43,193 nucleotides of DNA from Synechococcus sp. TMED19 (GCA_002168155.1 NHBY01000027.1:1-43193); one strand, 5' to 3'; shown: positions 1-9,407, counted from the stretch's first letter. Numbers and translations: made by a program. The notes: generated from the letters alone by a model not told the origin.

Positions 1-36
1 GCTGACGCGACCATTCCAGTTGAGCCTGATTGATAT

Positions 37-255
37 TCAGCACAGCAGATCAGCCAGCAATGGAACCAGGGCCTGCTGTAACGCCCTGTGATCGAGGTGA
101 ATCAAGTAGTGATCTTGAGCCGGCACAGCCTCAAACGAGACCAACACCCCATGGGAGAGGGACTTAGCCAGATTTTCCGGATTCATGTTCGCTTCCAGCT
201 CAATGGAACGGATCCCGTCAATCGAGCGAGCCAGAGCACTGAACTCTCCCAACAA
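37..255 (-). CDS. hypothetical protein (weak call)
   Basis: 72-aa ORF with a TTG start directly after an in-frame TAG. No recognisable motif. It is overlapped by an equally unconvincing + strand ORF (88..426). Confidence 0.2.
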   Translation of the reverse strand: MLGEFSALARSIDGIRSIELEANMNPENLAKSLSHGVLVSFEAVPAQDHYLIHLDHRALQQALVPLLADLLC

Positions 256-671
256 CTACTGGATTGGCAACGCGCTGGCATCGGCGCGGAACTGCAGCAT
301 CAGCATGTGACGCACCATCAACGCGATTCAGACATTTCCCAGCAGTGTGGCTCCAGCTACCAGAAAAAATCAGAGCTCGAACAACGCCTCCAGGATCAGG
401 ACCAGCAGAGCACCTTTGACAGCTGAGATCCAGACCACGGCATAGGGGGTTAGCTGAAAACGATGCATCAACCCATTCAGCTGAGCTTTGTGCCAGCGCA
501 CCAGGGCAGGACCAGTGGTGCTATCAAAAAACACTTGGCGACTCACTTGCAGGACAAACCAGTGATCGTCAATACCAGTCTCACAGGAATGGCATCACAG
601 GGCACATTTTTATATTTTCAAAAGCTTTGATTTCTGCAACGAAGCCTCTGCTCTAGAGATTTTTCCTTACG

Positions 672-860
672 GTGAAGAGACGGATAAGGTCGATTATGCA
701 ACAGCCAAATCAAAAAATTGGCAGCCTCGAATGGGATGCCAACGGCGAGCTTTCCGCAGAGGATGTCTTTGAGCTAATCCAGCGGATCAAACACCATGAG
801 CCTCCGTCTGATTCCAGCCAGCTGCTGCAACTCACCAATCGCCACCGTCACAGCCGCTGA
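672..860 (+). CDS. small hydrophilic hypothetical protein
   Basis: 62-aa ORF with a GTG start at 672; an internal ATG at 696 gives MQQPNQKIGSLEWD. An AT-rich promoter-like stretch (tatattttcaaaag, about 611-624) lies upstream. No family recognised. Confidence 0.35.
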   Translation: MKRRIRSIMQQPNQKIGSLEWDANGELSAEDVFELIQRIKHHEPPSDSSQLLQLTNRHRHSR

Positions 861-986
861 CCTTTGCAGCAACACTAGATACATAATCTCACCACAATAG
901 ATTGCCTTAGACAATCAGGGTTTCCCATTAATAACTGGTTGCCTTGAGCAGAAATCAGTTTTAACTGAGTTAGATGCTTCTGTGAA

Positions 987-1205
987 ATGACCTACAGCGT
1001 TCAGTGTTATCGAGATGATGACAGTGGCGATATCAGCAGCCTGAGCAACTATTCCAATGGCTTTCGTGCCTACTGCCATGCACGCACTCAGGTGCTGCAG
1101 CACGGGATGACCTGCAAAATCATCAACAGCGAATCTGGCCAGGTTGATGGTTTGCTCGATCCCTCCACCGAGCGGCGCCTGACTCCAATGGAATCAGGCA
1201 GCTGA
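987..1205 (+). CDS. small hypothetical protein
   Basis: 72-aa ATG-initiated ORF (MTYSVQCYRDDDSGD...) in an otherwise ORF-poor, lower-GC stretch. No competing ORF has better coding character. Confidence 0.35.
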   Translation: MTYSVQCYRDDDSGDISSLSNYSNGFRAYCHARTQVLQHGMTCKIINSESGQVDGLLDPSTERRLTPMESGS

Positions 1206-1787
1206 GAACTCTGGGGCAGGTCCATCCAACACTGAAACCCATCAAAGCCCCAAGCGCCGGTGCCGCATTCGAAGCTTCGCCATTCTCTTTGCCTGCCATT
1301 AGTTCAGAGCCCTGAAGACAAAGCCTGAGTCGCTCAACCCACCGGTGCCTACTCCTGACGGCATTGCCATTGTCTTGGGGTCTTTGCTTCAAAGCCTCTC
1401 TGAGCAGAGAACCCGCGCCTTCATCAGTCAGATCGAATAAGTGCCCGAGGTGCTTTCGTCGACCCCGGGACTTAGACCGCCAGAAAGTCCCATTTCGGGC
1501 GGCTGAGTTCGGCACCTCACCTCTGAAAAGCCGAACACTCACACCATGACCAGGGCTTTAATTCGGCGACGTGCCCAATGCCCCGGGGCTGGGTGTCCTG
1601 CATAGACCGAGATCGTTGGGCAACCGGAGACCACACACAAGCTCGGCTGATGGTGGCTGCCACTGGCTGAACTGGAGAGCTGGCTTTAACGATGCTTCTC
1701 ATGAGCCAGCACCAGAAGGCATTCGACGACACCGACAGGGAGAAGCCCATAGCTTGATACTTCGACCTGTATAAAATTTGACTTTTC

Positions 1788-2210
1788 ATGCCTGTTCTTC
1801 TCAACGAGCCAGAGGTTTGCAACGTCTTGGGAGACTCCATCACCCTGCGCCTTACTGCTGAACAGACCGACGGGAAGTACAGCGTCGCCGAATTCGCCAC
1901 CCCTGGTGGCGTTGGCCAGCCTCCTCACACCCATGCCTGGGATGAGACCTACCTCGTCCTTGAAGGTGAACTGAATCTCAACATTGACGGCCAACCCACG
2001 GTGGTCAGTGCTGGTGGCTGCTACCAGATCAAAGCTGGTGTCGTACACGCACCAACCCCAACTGGTGAATTCTGCCGTTACGTGATGGTGGGTCAGCCCA
2101 GTGGTGTTGAGGGTGTCTTCAAAGCCTTAAAGGCCAACGAGAAAGATCTTGGCGACATGAGCAAGGTGGTTGAAATCGTCACCAAACAAGGCGTCAATAT
2201 CGTCGCCTAA
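1788..2210 (+). CDS. cupin domain protein
   Basis: 140 aa with the cupin metal motif region GQPPHTHAWDETYLVLEGEL and a second motif GGCYQIKAGVVHAP. A TATAAA element lies about 13 nt upstream of the ATG. Confidence 0.75.
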   Translation: MPVLLNEPEVCNVLGDSITLRLTAEQTDGKYSVAEFATPGGVGQPPHTHAWDETYLVLEGELNLNIDGQPTVVSAGGCYQIKAGVVHAPTPTGEFCRYVMVGQPSGVEGVFKALKANEKDLGDMSKVVEIVTKQGVNIVA

Positions 2211-2444
2211 TCCTGATCTCAGGGGTTATTTCACCCACACAGAATGGGTGCAACTGCCACAACAGCCATCATCAGAGCCGCTCCACCATCGGGGCGGCTT
2301 TCGTGTTGATGGCGGTCAGTTGAGAGGCGGCTGCAGTAGCCAGCAGGTGTGACTGGATTTAAGGAAAAGTCCATCCCATACGCCACAACACAGCTGGTTG
2401 ACGTAGGACTAGAAGCCTGTGACTACCGCAATTGCGGACGATTC

Positions 2445-2873
2445 ATGTTGTTGAAGGCTTTGGGATTTGCCGCTGCGTCGGCACTGCTTTGTTCAGGAGC
2501 GGCGCTTGCTTCGCCAAAGCCAATCACAGAAGAGCTTTTCAAAGCGAATCGGACCCTTGGCGGAAGGGTTGTTGCCTATCCGGAGGGAACGCCCGAGATG
2601 CGCGTTTATCGGATCACTATCCCTGTAGGCGCCAAAATCCCCCTCCACATCCACCCTTCGCCCGTGGTGGTAGTGGTCGAGAAGGGAAGTCTCACCAATG
2701 TCCGCATTGTCGACGGTGCTGAGGTGACCGACATTGTTGAAGCAGGGAATGGCTTCCTCGAAGGCCATCCAGACGAGCCTCACTATGTGATCAACCGAGG
2801 GACTGAACCAGCCGTAAGCCTGGTCACCTTTGCCAGCGTGGAGGGAATGCCCAACCTGATTCCAGTGGACTGA
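2445..2873 (+). CDS. secreted cupin domain protein
   Basis: ORF 2349..2873. The ATG at 2445 gives a classic signal peptide, MLLKALGFAAASALLCSGAALASP. Cupin motif: IPLHIHPSPVVVVVEKG ... GHPDEPHYVINRG. Confidence 0.7.
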   Translation: MLLKALGFAAASALLCSGAALASPKPITEELFKANRTLGGRVVAYPEGTPEMRVYRITIPVGAKIPLHIHPSPVVVVVEKGSLTNVRIVDGAEVTDIVEAGNGFLEGHPDEPHYVINRGTEPAVSLVTFASVEGMPNLIPVD

Positions 2874-2944
2874 GACCACCGCCTCAATAGCAATAACGAC
2901 CTTCTCAGAAGGTTTAGGCGCAAGGGCCCGGTCCAACAGAGTGC

Positions 2945-2971
2945 AGCAGGCTGAATCACCAGCCTGCTTTG
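2945..2971 (+). terminator. hairpin, possible rho-independent terminator after the cupin gene
   Basis: Perfect 9-bp stem agcaggctg / cagcctgct with loop aatcac, followed by only ttt. A second hairpin, ttgaggc...gcctcaa, lies at about 2976-3007. Confidence 0.4.
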
Positions 2972-3312
2972 GCGCCTTGAGGCGAGGCATGCATGCTTTG
3001 CCTCAACAAAGGAATGCTGCGCTCAGAGCTGCGGGCTTAATTGGAGGACACCTGCCCCGCTCTGCCATGGAACCGTCCGACAGCCAACGGCCGCGGAAGC
3101 GAGCGCTCTCGTACACCGAGATGATGAATTCAGGGCAACAGCGGCTGACCGATGAGCCGTCCCAGCAGCCCGTGCAACCCATACCTCAAGACAGCAAGGA
3201 CGAGGAAGCCGGCACTTAATGGCCGCGCCAAACCGTCGTTCATGCAAACAGTGCCTGCCGAGCAAGCCAAGTACTCAGCCGAGAAGCATTGCTGTGACAT
3301 TGGTTTGACTGA

Positions 3313-3384
3313 TGCCCGGTGCCGGGTTCGAACCAGCGACATCCTCTTTGTAAGAGAGGCGCTCTACCACTGAGCTAACCGGGC
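3313..3384 (-). tRNA. trnV: tRNA-Val (anticodon UAC)
   Basis: The reverse complement reads GCCCGGTTAGCTCAGTGGTAGAGCGCCTCTCTTACAAAGAGGATGTCGCTGGTTCGAACCCGGCACCGGGCA. Cloverleaf:
- acceptor stem, 7 bp: GCCCGGT/ACCGGGC
- D arm: GCTC..GAGC
- anticodon stem CCTCT/AGAGG with loop CTTACAA
- T arm: GCTGG-TTCGAAC-CCGGC
- discriminator A

CCA is not encoded. Confidence 0.95.
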
Positions 3385-3419
3385 TTAACCCCCATCTTGC
3401 CAAGCCGTCGGCACCCGCA

Positions 3420-4043
3420 TCAAAGCGGCTGGTTAATGGCTTGCAACGCTGCAATGGCAGCAGGGTCAGGCGCTTCACCATCGCTATCCACGCAGAACCC
3501 GTCTTCCTCGCTGTAGCCATCGCGGCAAGGACTGGTCGAGGCGTAGTAATCAATGGGATACCCGGCCTGCTGATCCATGGCATCCTCACGGCCCCCAGCG
3601 ATGGCCAGACCAGAACTGGCCGTGGCCAAACAAAAGCCCTGCTCAAGGGTGAATCCAGGGCGGCAGCTGCTGCCCTGGGCCACGTAGTAATCCAGCGGGA
3701 AGCCGTCCCGCCGATCCATCGCGTCCTCCCGAGCCAGGGTTGCCCTGGCTCCGCCAACCAGACGCGGGGAGGCCAGATTGATGCAGTAGCCCTCCAGGCG
3801 TTGATAACCCGGCCGGCACGTATCACCCCGCGGCGACTGATAAAAATCCAGCAAATAGCCCTGCTGGCTATCGAAGACATCCTCATGGACCCCAGCCATG
3901 ACTGGGCCCGCATTCGGCATCCAAACCGCAGGACTGGGTTGAGTGACCCAAGGTCCCGGCAGCTGCAAGAACACATTCAGTGCGATCAAACCCAGGCCGG
4001 TGCTCTGCTCAGCCTGCGGCCAGCGATTGAACCACCACCTCAT
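3420..4043 (-). CDS. membrane-anchored or secreted protein with three Cys-containing tandem repeats
   Basis: ORF 3420..4319. The ATG at 4043 gives MRWWFNRWPQAEQSTGLGLIALNVFLQLPGPW, a hydrophobic signal/anchor. Three repeats of the pattern EDxxDxxxG[YF]xxD[YF]Y-x(5-7)-CRxG[YF]-x(4,5)-G[YF]C follow. The alternative overlapping ORFs (3275..3976 -, 3441..4088 +) lack any such structure. Confidence 0.6.
   Translation of the reverse strand: MRWWFNRWPQAEQSTGLGLIALNVFLQLPGPWVTQPSPAVWMPNAGPVMAGVHEDVFDSQQGYLLDFYQSPRGDTCRPGYQRLEGYCINLASPRLVGGARATLAREDAMDRRDGFPLDYYVAQGSSCRPGFTLEQGFCLATASSGLAIAGGREDAMDQQAGYPIDYYASTSPCRDGYSEEDGFCVDSDGEAPDPAAIAALQAINQPL
3489..3890 (-). repeat. three imperfect in-frame tandem coding repeats (about 40-50 aa each)
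   Basis: - Repeat 1: HEDVFDSQQGYLLDFYQSPRGDTCRPGYQRLEGYC
- Repeat 2: REDAMDRRDGFPLDYYVAQGSSCRPGFTLEQGFC
- Repeat 3: REDAMDQQAGYPIDYYASTSPCRDGYSEEDGFC

All three were read directly from the translation. Confidence 0.8.
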
Positions 4044-4167
4044 CACGCAGCACCACCTCGCCTGGAAACTAAAAACCCGCAGCGCTGACCATCCGCTGAT
4101 GCACTGGTTTCTGCGGGATTGTGTCCTGATCGCATCGGCGTAATGCTTTCTGCAGCAGAGAGCACCT

Positions 4168-4647
4168 GTGGCCAGCGGCCGTTCCCACGACAGCGCCACC
4201 CTGGCCCTGGCTCTGCCCTTGGGGCTGTTGGTTGGGCTTTGGCAAGGGCCAATGCTCGGCGTTACAGCCGCTGCCGCTTTCCTGCTTGGAGGGCTCTGGC
4301 TCTCGCCTGACCTCGACACTTGCTCACGTCCCTCTCGGCGCTGGGGGCCTCTGGCGCTGTTGTGGTGGCCTTACCGGCGTGTCGTGCGTCACCGCGGCTG
4401 GCTCTCACACACACCATTGCTGGGCACTCTCACCCGACTGCTGTACCTCGGAGCGCTAGCGCTGATGGCCCTAGCGATGGGCCACAGGGCGGGGGGGCCC
4501 CATCCAGGCCTGATGCTCGCAGGGCTTCAGCAACTTTGGCTTCAAGAGCGGCCCCTACTGATCACCGCACTGATGGCGCTTGAGGCCAGTGCCTGGCTGC
4601 ACCTGATTCAAGATGGCGATCCGATGCCGCTTCCCCCTCGCCGGTGA
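4168..4647 (+). CDS. DUF2227-type putative metal-binding membrane protein
   Basis: GTG start. The motifs SPDLD...S..RRWGPL..LWWPYR...RHRGWLSHTPLLGT..RLLYL match my memory of the DUF2227 family. Several hydrophobic helices are present. The stop overlaps the mazG start by 4 nt (GTGA). Confidence 0.65.
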   Translation: MASGRSHDSATLALALPLGLLVGLWQGPMLGVTAAAAFLLGGLWLSPDLDTCSRPSRRWGPLALLWWPYRRVVRHRGWLSHTPLLGTLTRLLYLGALALMALAMGHRAGGPHPGLMLAGLQQLWLQERPLLITALMALEASAWLHLIQDGDPMPLPPRR

Positions 4648-5444
4648 GCAATCCTGCAGCCCTCAAGGCCCTTGAGGAACTGATGGACGTGGTCGCCAGA
4701 CTGCGCGACCCAGACGATGGCTGCCCCTGGGATCTGCAGCAGACCCACCAGTCCCTGGTGCCCTATGTCCTCGAAGAGGCCCATGAGGTGGCCGATGCCC
4801 TGCGCCGCGGCGATGAAGGCGACATGGCCGATGAACTGGGGGATCTACTGCTGCAAGTGGTGCTCCATGCCCAACTGGCAGCCGAACGTGAAAGCTTTGA
4901 TCTGGCTCAAATCGCGCGAGGCATCAGCTCCAAGCTCGTACGCCGCCACCCCCATGTCTTTGGCGGGGAGCCCCGCAGCTGGGAGCAGATCAAGTCTGAG
5001 GAGCGTGCCGAGCGCGGTGAGAGCGATGCCAGCCTCAGCGCGCGACTACAGCGCAAGGTGCGTGGCCTCGGTGCCATGGAGGGCGCCATGACCATCTCCC
5101 GCAAGGCAGCCGCGGCCGGCTTTGAGTGGAAGACGATTGACGGGGTCTGGGAGAAAGTGCACGAGGAGCTCGATGAGCTCAAAGAGGCCGTTGCAAGCGG
5201 TGATCGAGCTCACGCTGAATCCGAGCTTGGCGATCTGCTCTTCACGCTGGTGAATGTGGCGCGCTGGTGTGAACTCAGCCCGGAAGAGGGGCTAGCTGGC
5301 ACCAATGGACGTTTCTTACAGCGCTTCTCAAAGGTGGAGGCCGCACTGGGCGGTGATCTTGAAGGCCGCAGCATCGAAGAGCTTGAAGCGCTCTGGCAGC
5401 AGGCGAAAGCCCAGCTGCGAGCTGAAGCAGACGGGGCCAACTAG
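4644..5444 (+). CDS. mazG: nucleoside triphosphate pyrophosphohydrolase MazG
   Basis: 266 aa with two MazG repeats: CPWDLQQTHQSLVPYVLEEAHEVADAL ... ELGDLLLQVVLHA and a second EELDELKEA...ELGDLLFTLVNVARW. Confidence 0.92.
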   Translation: MSNPAALKALEELMDVVARLRDPDDGCPWDLQQTHQSLVPYVLEEAHEVADALRRGDEGDMADELGDLLLQVVLHAQLAAERESFDLAQIARGISSKLVRRHPHVFGGEPRSWEQIKSEERAERGESDASLSARLQRKVRGLGAMEGAMTISRKAAAAGFEWKTIDGVWEKVHEELDELKEAVASGDRAHAESELGDLLFTLVNVARWCELSPEEGLAGTNGRFLQRFSKVEAALGGDLEGRSIEELEALWQQAKAQLRAEADGAN

Positions 5445-6184
5445 ATCAGCTCCATACGGCCGGTTGCGATATCAAAGCAACCGGAAACGATCCGCAACCG
5501 ACCACTGGCCTGCGCCTCATGAAGCAGGGCACTGCGGACGGTGAGTTGCTGGGCTGATTGACAGGCATTCCGCCGCACGGCACGGCTCAGGTCATCGCCG
5601 GACTGCAAACAAGCCCGGATCGGCTCCACCAATTGCTCCTGCAGCGGCGTGAGCGGTTGATCCGACATGGCGGCGCTAACAGCGCCACAACCGCTATGGC
5701 CCATCACCAGGATCATCGGCACACCGAGTTGCTCCACGGCGTACTCCAAAGAGGCGATGCCAGCATCAAAAGCTGTGTTGCCGGCACTTCGCACCGCAAA
5801 CAGCTCACCGGCTCCGGCACAAAAGATCCACTCCAGTGGAATGCGGGAATCAGCGCAGGTGAGCACTGCTGCCCATGGATGCTGAGCCGCTGCCAACGCT
5901 GCTGGATCCACCTGGCAGTGCTCACCGAGCACCTGCTGCAGCACAGCCATGCGTTGAGCGGGATCGCTCTGGGCGGAAGCCTCCCTCCAGGCCGCTGCAA
6001 ACCGAGCATTGCCCTGCTGCAGGGCTGCCAGCGGATCGCCTACAGGCCGGCAGACATCAAGGGGCGGCAGTAATGCGCCGGCTGGGGGGGCAATCACCCC
6101 CTCCAGCAACCAGCTGGAACCCAGCCATGAGGCCCACTGCAGCAGATCCCGCCGGGAAGAACCCATCGCCTGCCTGACAACCAT
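5441..6184 (-). CDS. beta-class carbonic anhydrase with Tat-type signal (EcaB-like)
   Basis: Beta-CA zinc motifs CADSR and GHSGCGAV. The N-terminus MVVRQAMGSSRRDLLQWASWLG carries a twin-arginine motif. The ORF could extend to 6244, but 6184 or 6166 are more plausible starts. Its stop codon overlaps the mazG stop at the palindrome CTAG (5441-5444). Confidence 0.85.
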   Translation of the reverse strand: MVVRQAMGSSRRDLLQWASWLGSSWLLEGVIAPPAGALLPPLDVCRPVGDPLAALQQGNARFAAAWREASAQSDPAQRMAVLQQVLGEHCQVDPAALAAAQHPWAAVLTCADSRIPLEWIFCAGAGELFAVRSAGNTAFDAGIASLEYAVEQLGVPMILVMGHSGCGAVSAAMSDQPLTPLQEQLVEPIRACLQSGDDLSRAVRRNACQSAQQLTVRSALLHEAQASGRLRIVSGCFDIATGRMELI

Positions 6185-6233
6185 GTGCCCCAAGGTCTTA
6201 GCTGGAGAGTGACCCCAATGCGTCTGCAGTGCG

Positions 6234-7082
6234 ATGGAGAGCAACGGCTGGATCGATGAGCTCCATGAAGGCGTGCGCTACGGGCTGGCAGGTCGGGTGC
6301 TGCACGAGGAGCAGAGCAGCTTTCAGCGAGTGACGATCATCGAAAGCGAGCGCTACGGCAAGGGGCTGCTGCTCGATGGCTGCTGGATGACCGCCGAGGG
6401 GCAGGAACGCTGCTATCACGAGTCGCTGGTCCATCCGGCGCTGTGCGGTGCCGAACGCATCGAGCGGGTGCTGGTCATCGGCGGTGGTGATGGCGGCACC
6501 GCCCGCGAGTGCCTGCGCCATGGCGAGGTCAAGCACCTGGACATGGTGGAAATTGATGGGCGGGTGGTTGAGCTCAGCCAGCAGTACTTGCCCTCTCTGG
6601 GCGGCTGGGCCTGGAGCGATCGCCGCATGCACCTGAGCGTTAGCGATGGCATCGCCTGGGCGGCCGCCGCTGCCGATGCCAGCTACGACGTGGTGCTGGT
6701 GGATGGCTCAGATCCCGCCGGCCCAGCCGAGGGCCTGTTCAACCGCAGCTTCTTTGAGCACTGCCGCCGCATCCTGCGGCCAGGGGGTGTCTTCGGTACG
6801 CAGAGTGAATCGCCCGAGGCCTTCCGAGGCGTTCACCTGGAGATGGTCAAGCTGCTGCGGGAGGTGTTCGGCCATGCTGACCCCCTCTACGGCTGGGTGC
6901 CGATGTACCCCAGCGGCTGGTGGAGCTGGACGTTTGCGGCAACTGATGGACCCCGCTACAAACAGCCGAAACCGGAACGGGCTGCCGCGGTGGCCGCGAG
7001 CTGCGAGATCTGGAGCCCCCGCTGGCAACGGGGAGCCTTCGAGGCCGTACCGGCCGCGATCGAGCGGGAGCTGGAGGGCTGA
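6234..7082 (+). CDS. speE: spermidine synthase (polyamine aminopropyltransferase)
   Basis: [40 protein letters not shown] and [18 protein letters not shown] are typical SpeE motifs. Confidence 0.9.
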
Positions 7083-7955
7083 GTGGTGAGCATTGTTCCG
7101 GAGGATCTTTTCAACCGCGATGGGGCGATCTACATGGGCGCACGGCGGGATCCGACCGGCTGCACAGTGGGTCTTTTCGGGGTTCCCTACGACGGCACCA
7201 CCTCATTTCGCCCCGGCACCCGCTTCGGGCCTGCGGCGATCCGACAGGTCAGTGACGGCCTTGAGACCTACGACCCCCAGCTCGATGCCGACCTGGAAGA
7301 CATCGCTTATTGCGATCTGGGGGCGGTGGAGATCTCCTTCGGGGCACCGGAGCCGGTGGTGGATGCGACGCGAGAGGCCACCGAAGCGGTCATGGGCCTA
7401 GGTCTGAAGCCACTGATGCTTGGTGGGGAGCATTCCATCAGCAGCGGTGCGGTGGCAGCGGTGGCTGCACGCCACCCGGATCTCGTGCTGCTGCAACTCG
7501 ATGCCCATGCCGATCTGCGCGACCACTGGCTGGGGGGACGTCACAGCCACGCCTGTGCCATGCGCCGCTGCCTTGAGGTGCTCCCCAGCAGGGAGTTGCT
7601 CCAGCTAGCGATCCGCAGCGGCACCCGCGAGGAGTTCAGCGAACTGCATCGGCAGCAGCGCCTTGTCAGCCTCGAGCAGCTCCCTGTGCGACTGGCGGCC
7701 ATCGCCGGCCGGCCGCTTTACCTGACGGTCGATCTGGACTGGTTTGACCCAGCGGTGATGCCCGGCACTGGAACTCCTGAACCTGGAGGCTTTGCCTGGG
7801 TTGATTTTGCGCGCCTGATCGATCTGCTCCATGGGCAGAACCTGGTGGGCGCTGATGTGGTGGAGCTGGCACCGGGGCTCGACAACAGTGGCTGCAGTTC
7901 CGTGCTGGCAGCCAAGGTGGTTCGCAGCTTGCTGATCAGGCTCGCGGGCTGCTGA
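7083..7955 (+). CDS. speB: agmatinase (ureohydrolase family)
   Basis: GTG start abutting the speE stop. Arginase-family Mn motifs: GGEHSIS, QLDAHADLRD, LTVDLDWFDPAVMPGTGTPEPGG. Operonic with speE. Confidence 0.88.
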   Translation: MVSIVPEDLFNRDGAIYMGARRDPTGCTVGLFGVPYDGTTSFRPGTRFGPAAIRQVSDGLETYDPQLDADLEDIAYCDLGAVEISFGAPEPVVDATREATEAVMGLGLKPLMLGGEHSISSGAVAAVAARHPDLVLLQLDAHADLRDHWLGGRHSHACAMRRCLEVLPSRELLQLAIRSGTREEFSELHRQQRLVSLEQLPVRLAAIAGRPLYLTVDLDWFDPAVMPGTGTPEPGGFAWVDFARLIDLLHGQNLVGADVVELAPGLDNSGCSSVLAAKVVRSLLIRLAGC

Positions 7956-8184
7956 GCCCGGCCAAGCGCAGCTGCTCGCTGTCAGCTGGCATCACGCCGA
8001 GATGATCTTGATGGGCCCAATCGGGGAGTTCCGGCGCACGGGCCGTCCAGTGATGGCAGCTGAGATCAGCGGTCAGATCCGGATGAAGCGCGACTTGCCG
8101 CAATCGGCACATCGAGACACCCCCTGCCGGAAGGCAGTGGCGGCAGCTGCGGCAGCTGGGCCTGAGGGACATCTCTGACAACAA
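7936..8184 (-). CDS. small Cys-rich hypothetical protein (tentative)
   Basis: 82-aa ORF with the pattern SCRSCRHCLP...CRLRQ...SCHHW, which suggests a small metal-binding protein. It overlaps the speB 3' end by 20 nt. High GC makes a spurious ORF possible. Confidence 0.35.
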   Translation of the reverse strand: MLSEMSLRPSCRSCRHCLPAGGVSMCRLRQVALHPDLTADLSCHHWTARAPELPDWAHQDHLGVMPADSEQLRLAGLSSPRA

Positions 8185-8283
8185 GGTGCCTGCAAGGTAA
8201 TGAGACCACCGCCGTTGCGAATGCCGCTGACACGAATCCCCAGGTTCTCTACGGGAGACTGAAGCAAACCTGCAGCTTCATCC

Positions 8284-9363
8284 ATGCACCACACCCCACT
8301 GGCTGAGCTCTGCCGCGCCGCGGGGGGCCGGATGGTGCCCTTTGCCGGCTGGGAACTACCGGTGCAGTTCGAAGGACTAATGGCAGAGCACCGCGCAGTG
8401 CGTGAGCGCTGCGGCATGTTCGACATCTCCCACATGGGCGTACTGACCCTCAGTGGCCCTGGCGTGAAAGACAAGCTGCAGGGGCTGGTGCCGAGTGACC
8501 TGCAACGCATCGGCCCTGGGGAAGCCCAATACACCGTGCTGCTCAACGATGCTGGCGGTATCCGTGATGACCTGATCGTCTACGACCGCAGCGACACGGA
8601 GGTCGTGGTGGTGATCAATGCCGCCTGCGCAGACAGTGACACCGCCTGGCTCAAAGGGCAGCTGGAACCACAGGGAATCACGGTCAGCGATCGCAAGGAC
8701 GGCGGGGTGCTGCTGGCCTTGCAAGGCCCTGAGGCGGTGGGCCGTTTAGAGCAGCTCTGCGGCAAGAGCTTGGCAGGGGTGCCGCGCTTCGGTCACCGCG
8801 ACCTGGAGCTCAACGGCAACACCGTCTTTGCCGCCCGCACCGGGTACACCGGTGAGGATGGCTTTGAGTTACTGCTCAGTGCCAAGGCTGGTTGTGAGCT
8901 TTGGCAGCAACTGAAGACCTCTGGAGTCACCCCCTGCGGCCTGGGGGCGCGAGACAGCCTGCGGCTAGAGGCGGCCATGCACCTTTACGGCAACGACATG
9001 GATGAGCAGACCAGCCCGCTGGAGTGCGGCCTTGGCTGGCTTGTACATCTGGAGATGCCGATCGAATTCGTCGGCCGTGAAGTCCTCGAGCAGCAGACCA
9101 GCGAAGGAGTGAAGCGCCGCTTGGTGGGTCTGCAGCTGCAAGGTCGTACCATCGCGCGCCATGACTACCCCGTTCTGCACGACGGTGAGCGGGTGGGCGT
9201 GGTCACCAGCGGCACCTTCTCCCCAACGCTGCAGCAGCCCATCGCCCTGGCCTCAGTTCCTGTTGGCCTCGCCAAGGTCGGCACCGAGCTGGCGGTAGAG
9301 ATCCGGGGCCGCCAGGAACCGGCAACGGTCGTCAAGCGACCCTTCTACCGGCGCACCTCCTGA
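8284..9363 (+). CDS. gcvT: glycine cleavage system aminomethyltransferase T
   Basis: 359 aa: TPL...[17 protein letters not shown]...[41 protein letters not shown]. Confidence 0.95.
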
Positions 9364-9407
9364 GCCCCGCCGCGTGGGATCATCCGGTCTCATTGATTGA
9401 TCCCGCC

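Noticed and set aside
88-426. 112-aa + strand ORF, and a 33-55 aa minus-strand ORF (370..534) that ends in a hydrophobic helix (...TPYAVVWISAVKGALLVLILEALFEL).
   Set aside because: Neither has a recognisable family or convincing start context. The two overlap each other and ORF 37..255. The region may be a decayed gene, but I cannot support a call.
2941-3219. 92-aa ORF between the cupin gene and tRNA-Val.
   Set aside because: Its 5' part coincides with two hairpins that look like terminators of the cupin gene. The translation is low-complexity (Q/P/S/R-rich), and no motif is recognisable.
8185-8283. Possible glycine riboswitch in the 99-nt leader of gcvT.
   Set aside because: gcvT is a classic glycine-riboswitch target in other phyla. 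This leader, however, lacks the conserved core elements I remember (GGAGAG ... CUCUGGAGAG ... ACCGAAGGGGCAA-type segments), and it is too short for a tandem aptamer.
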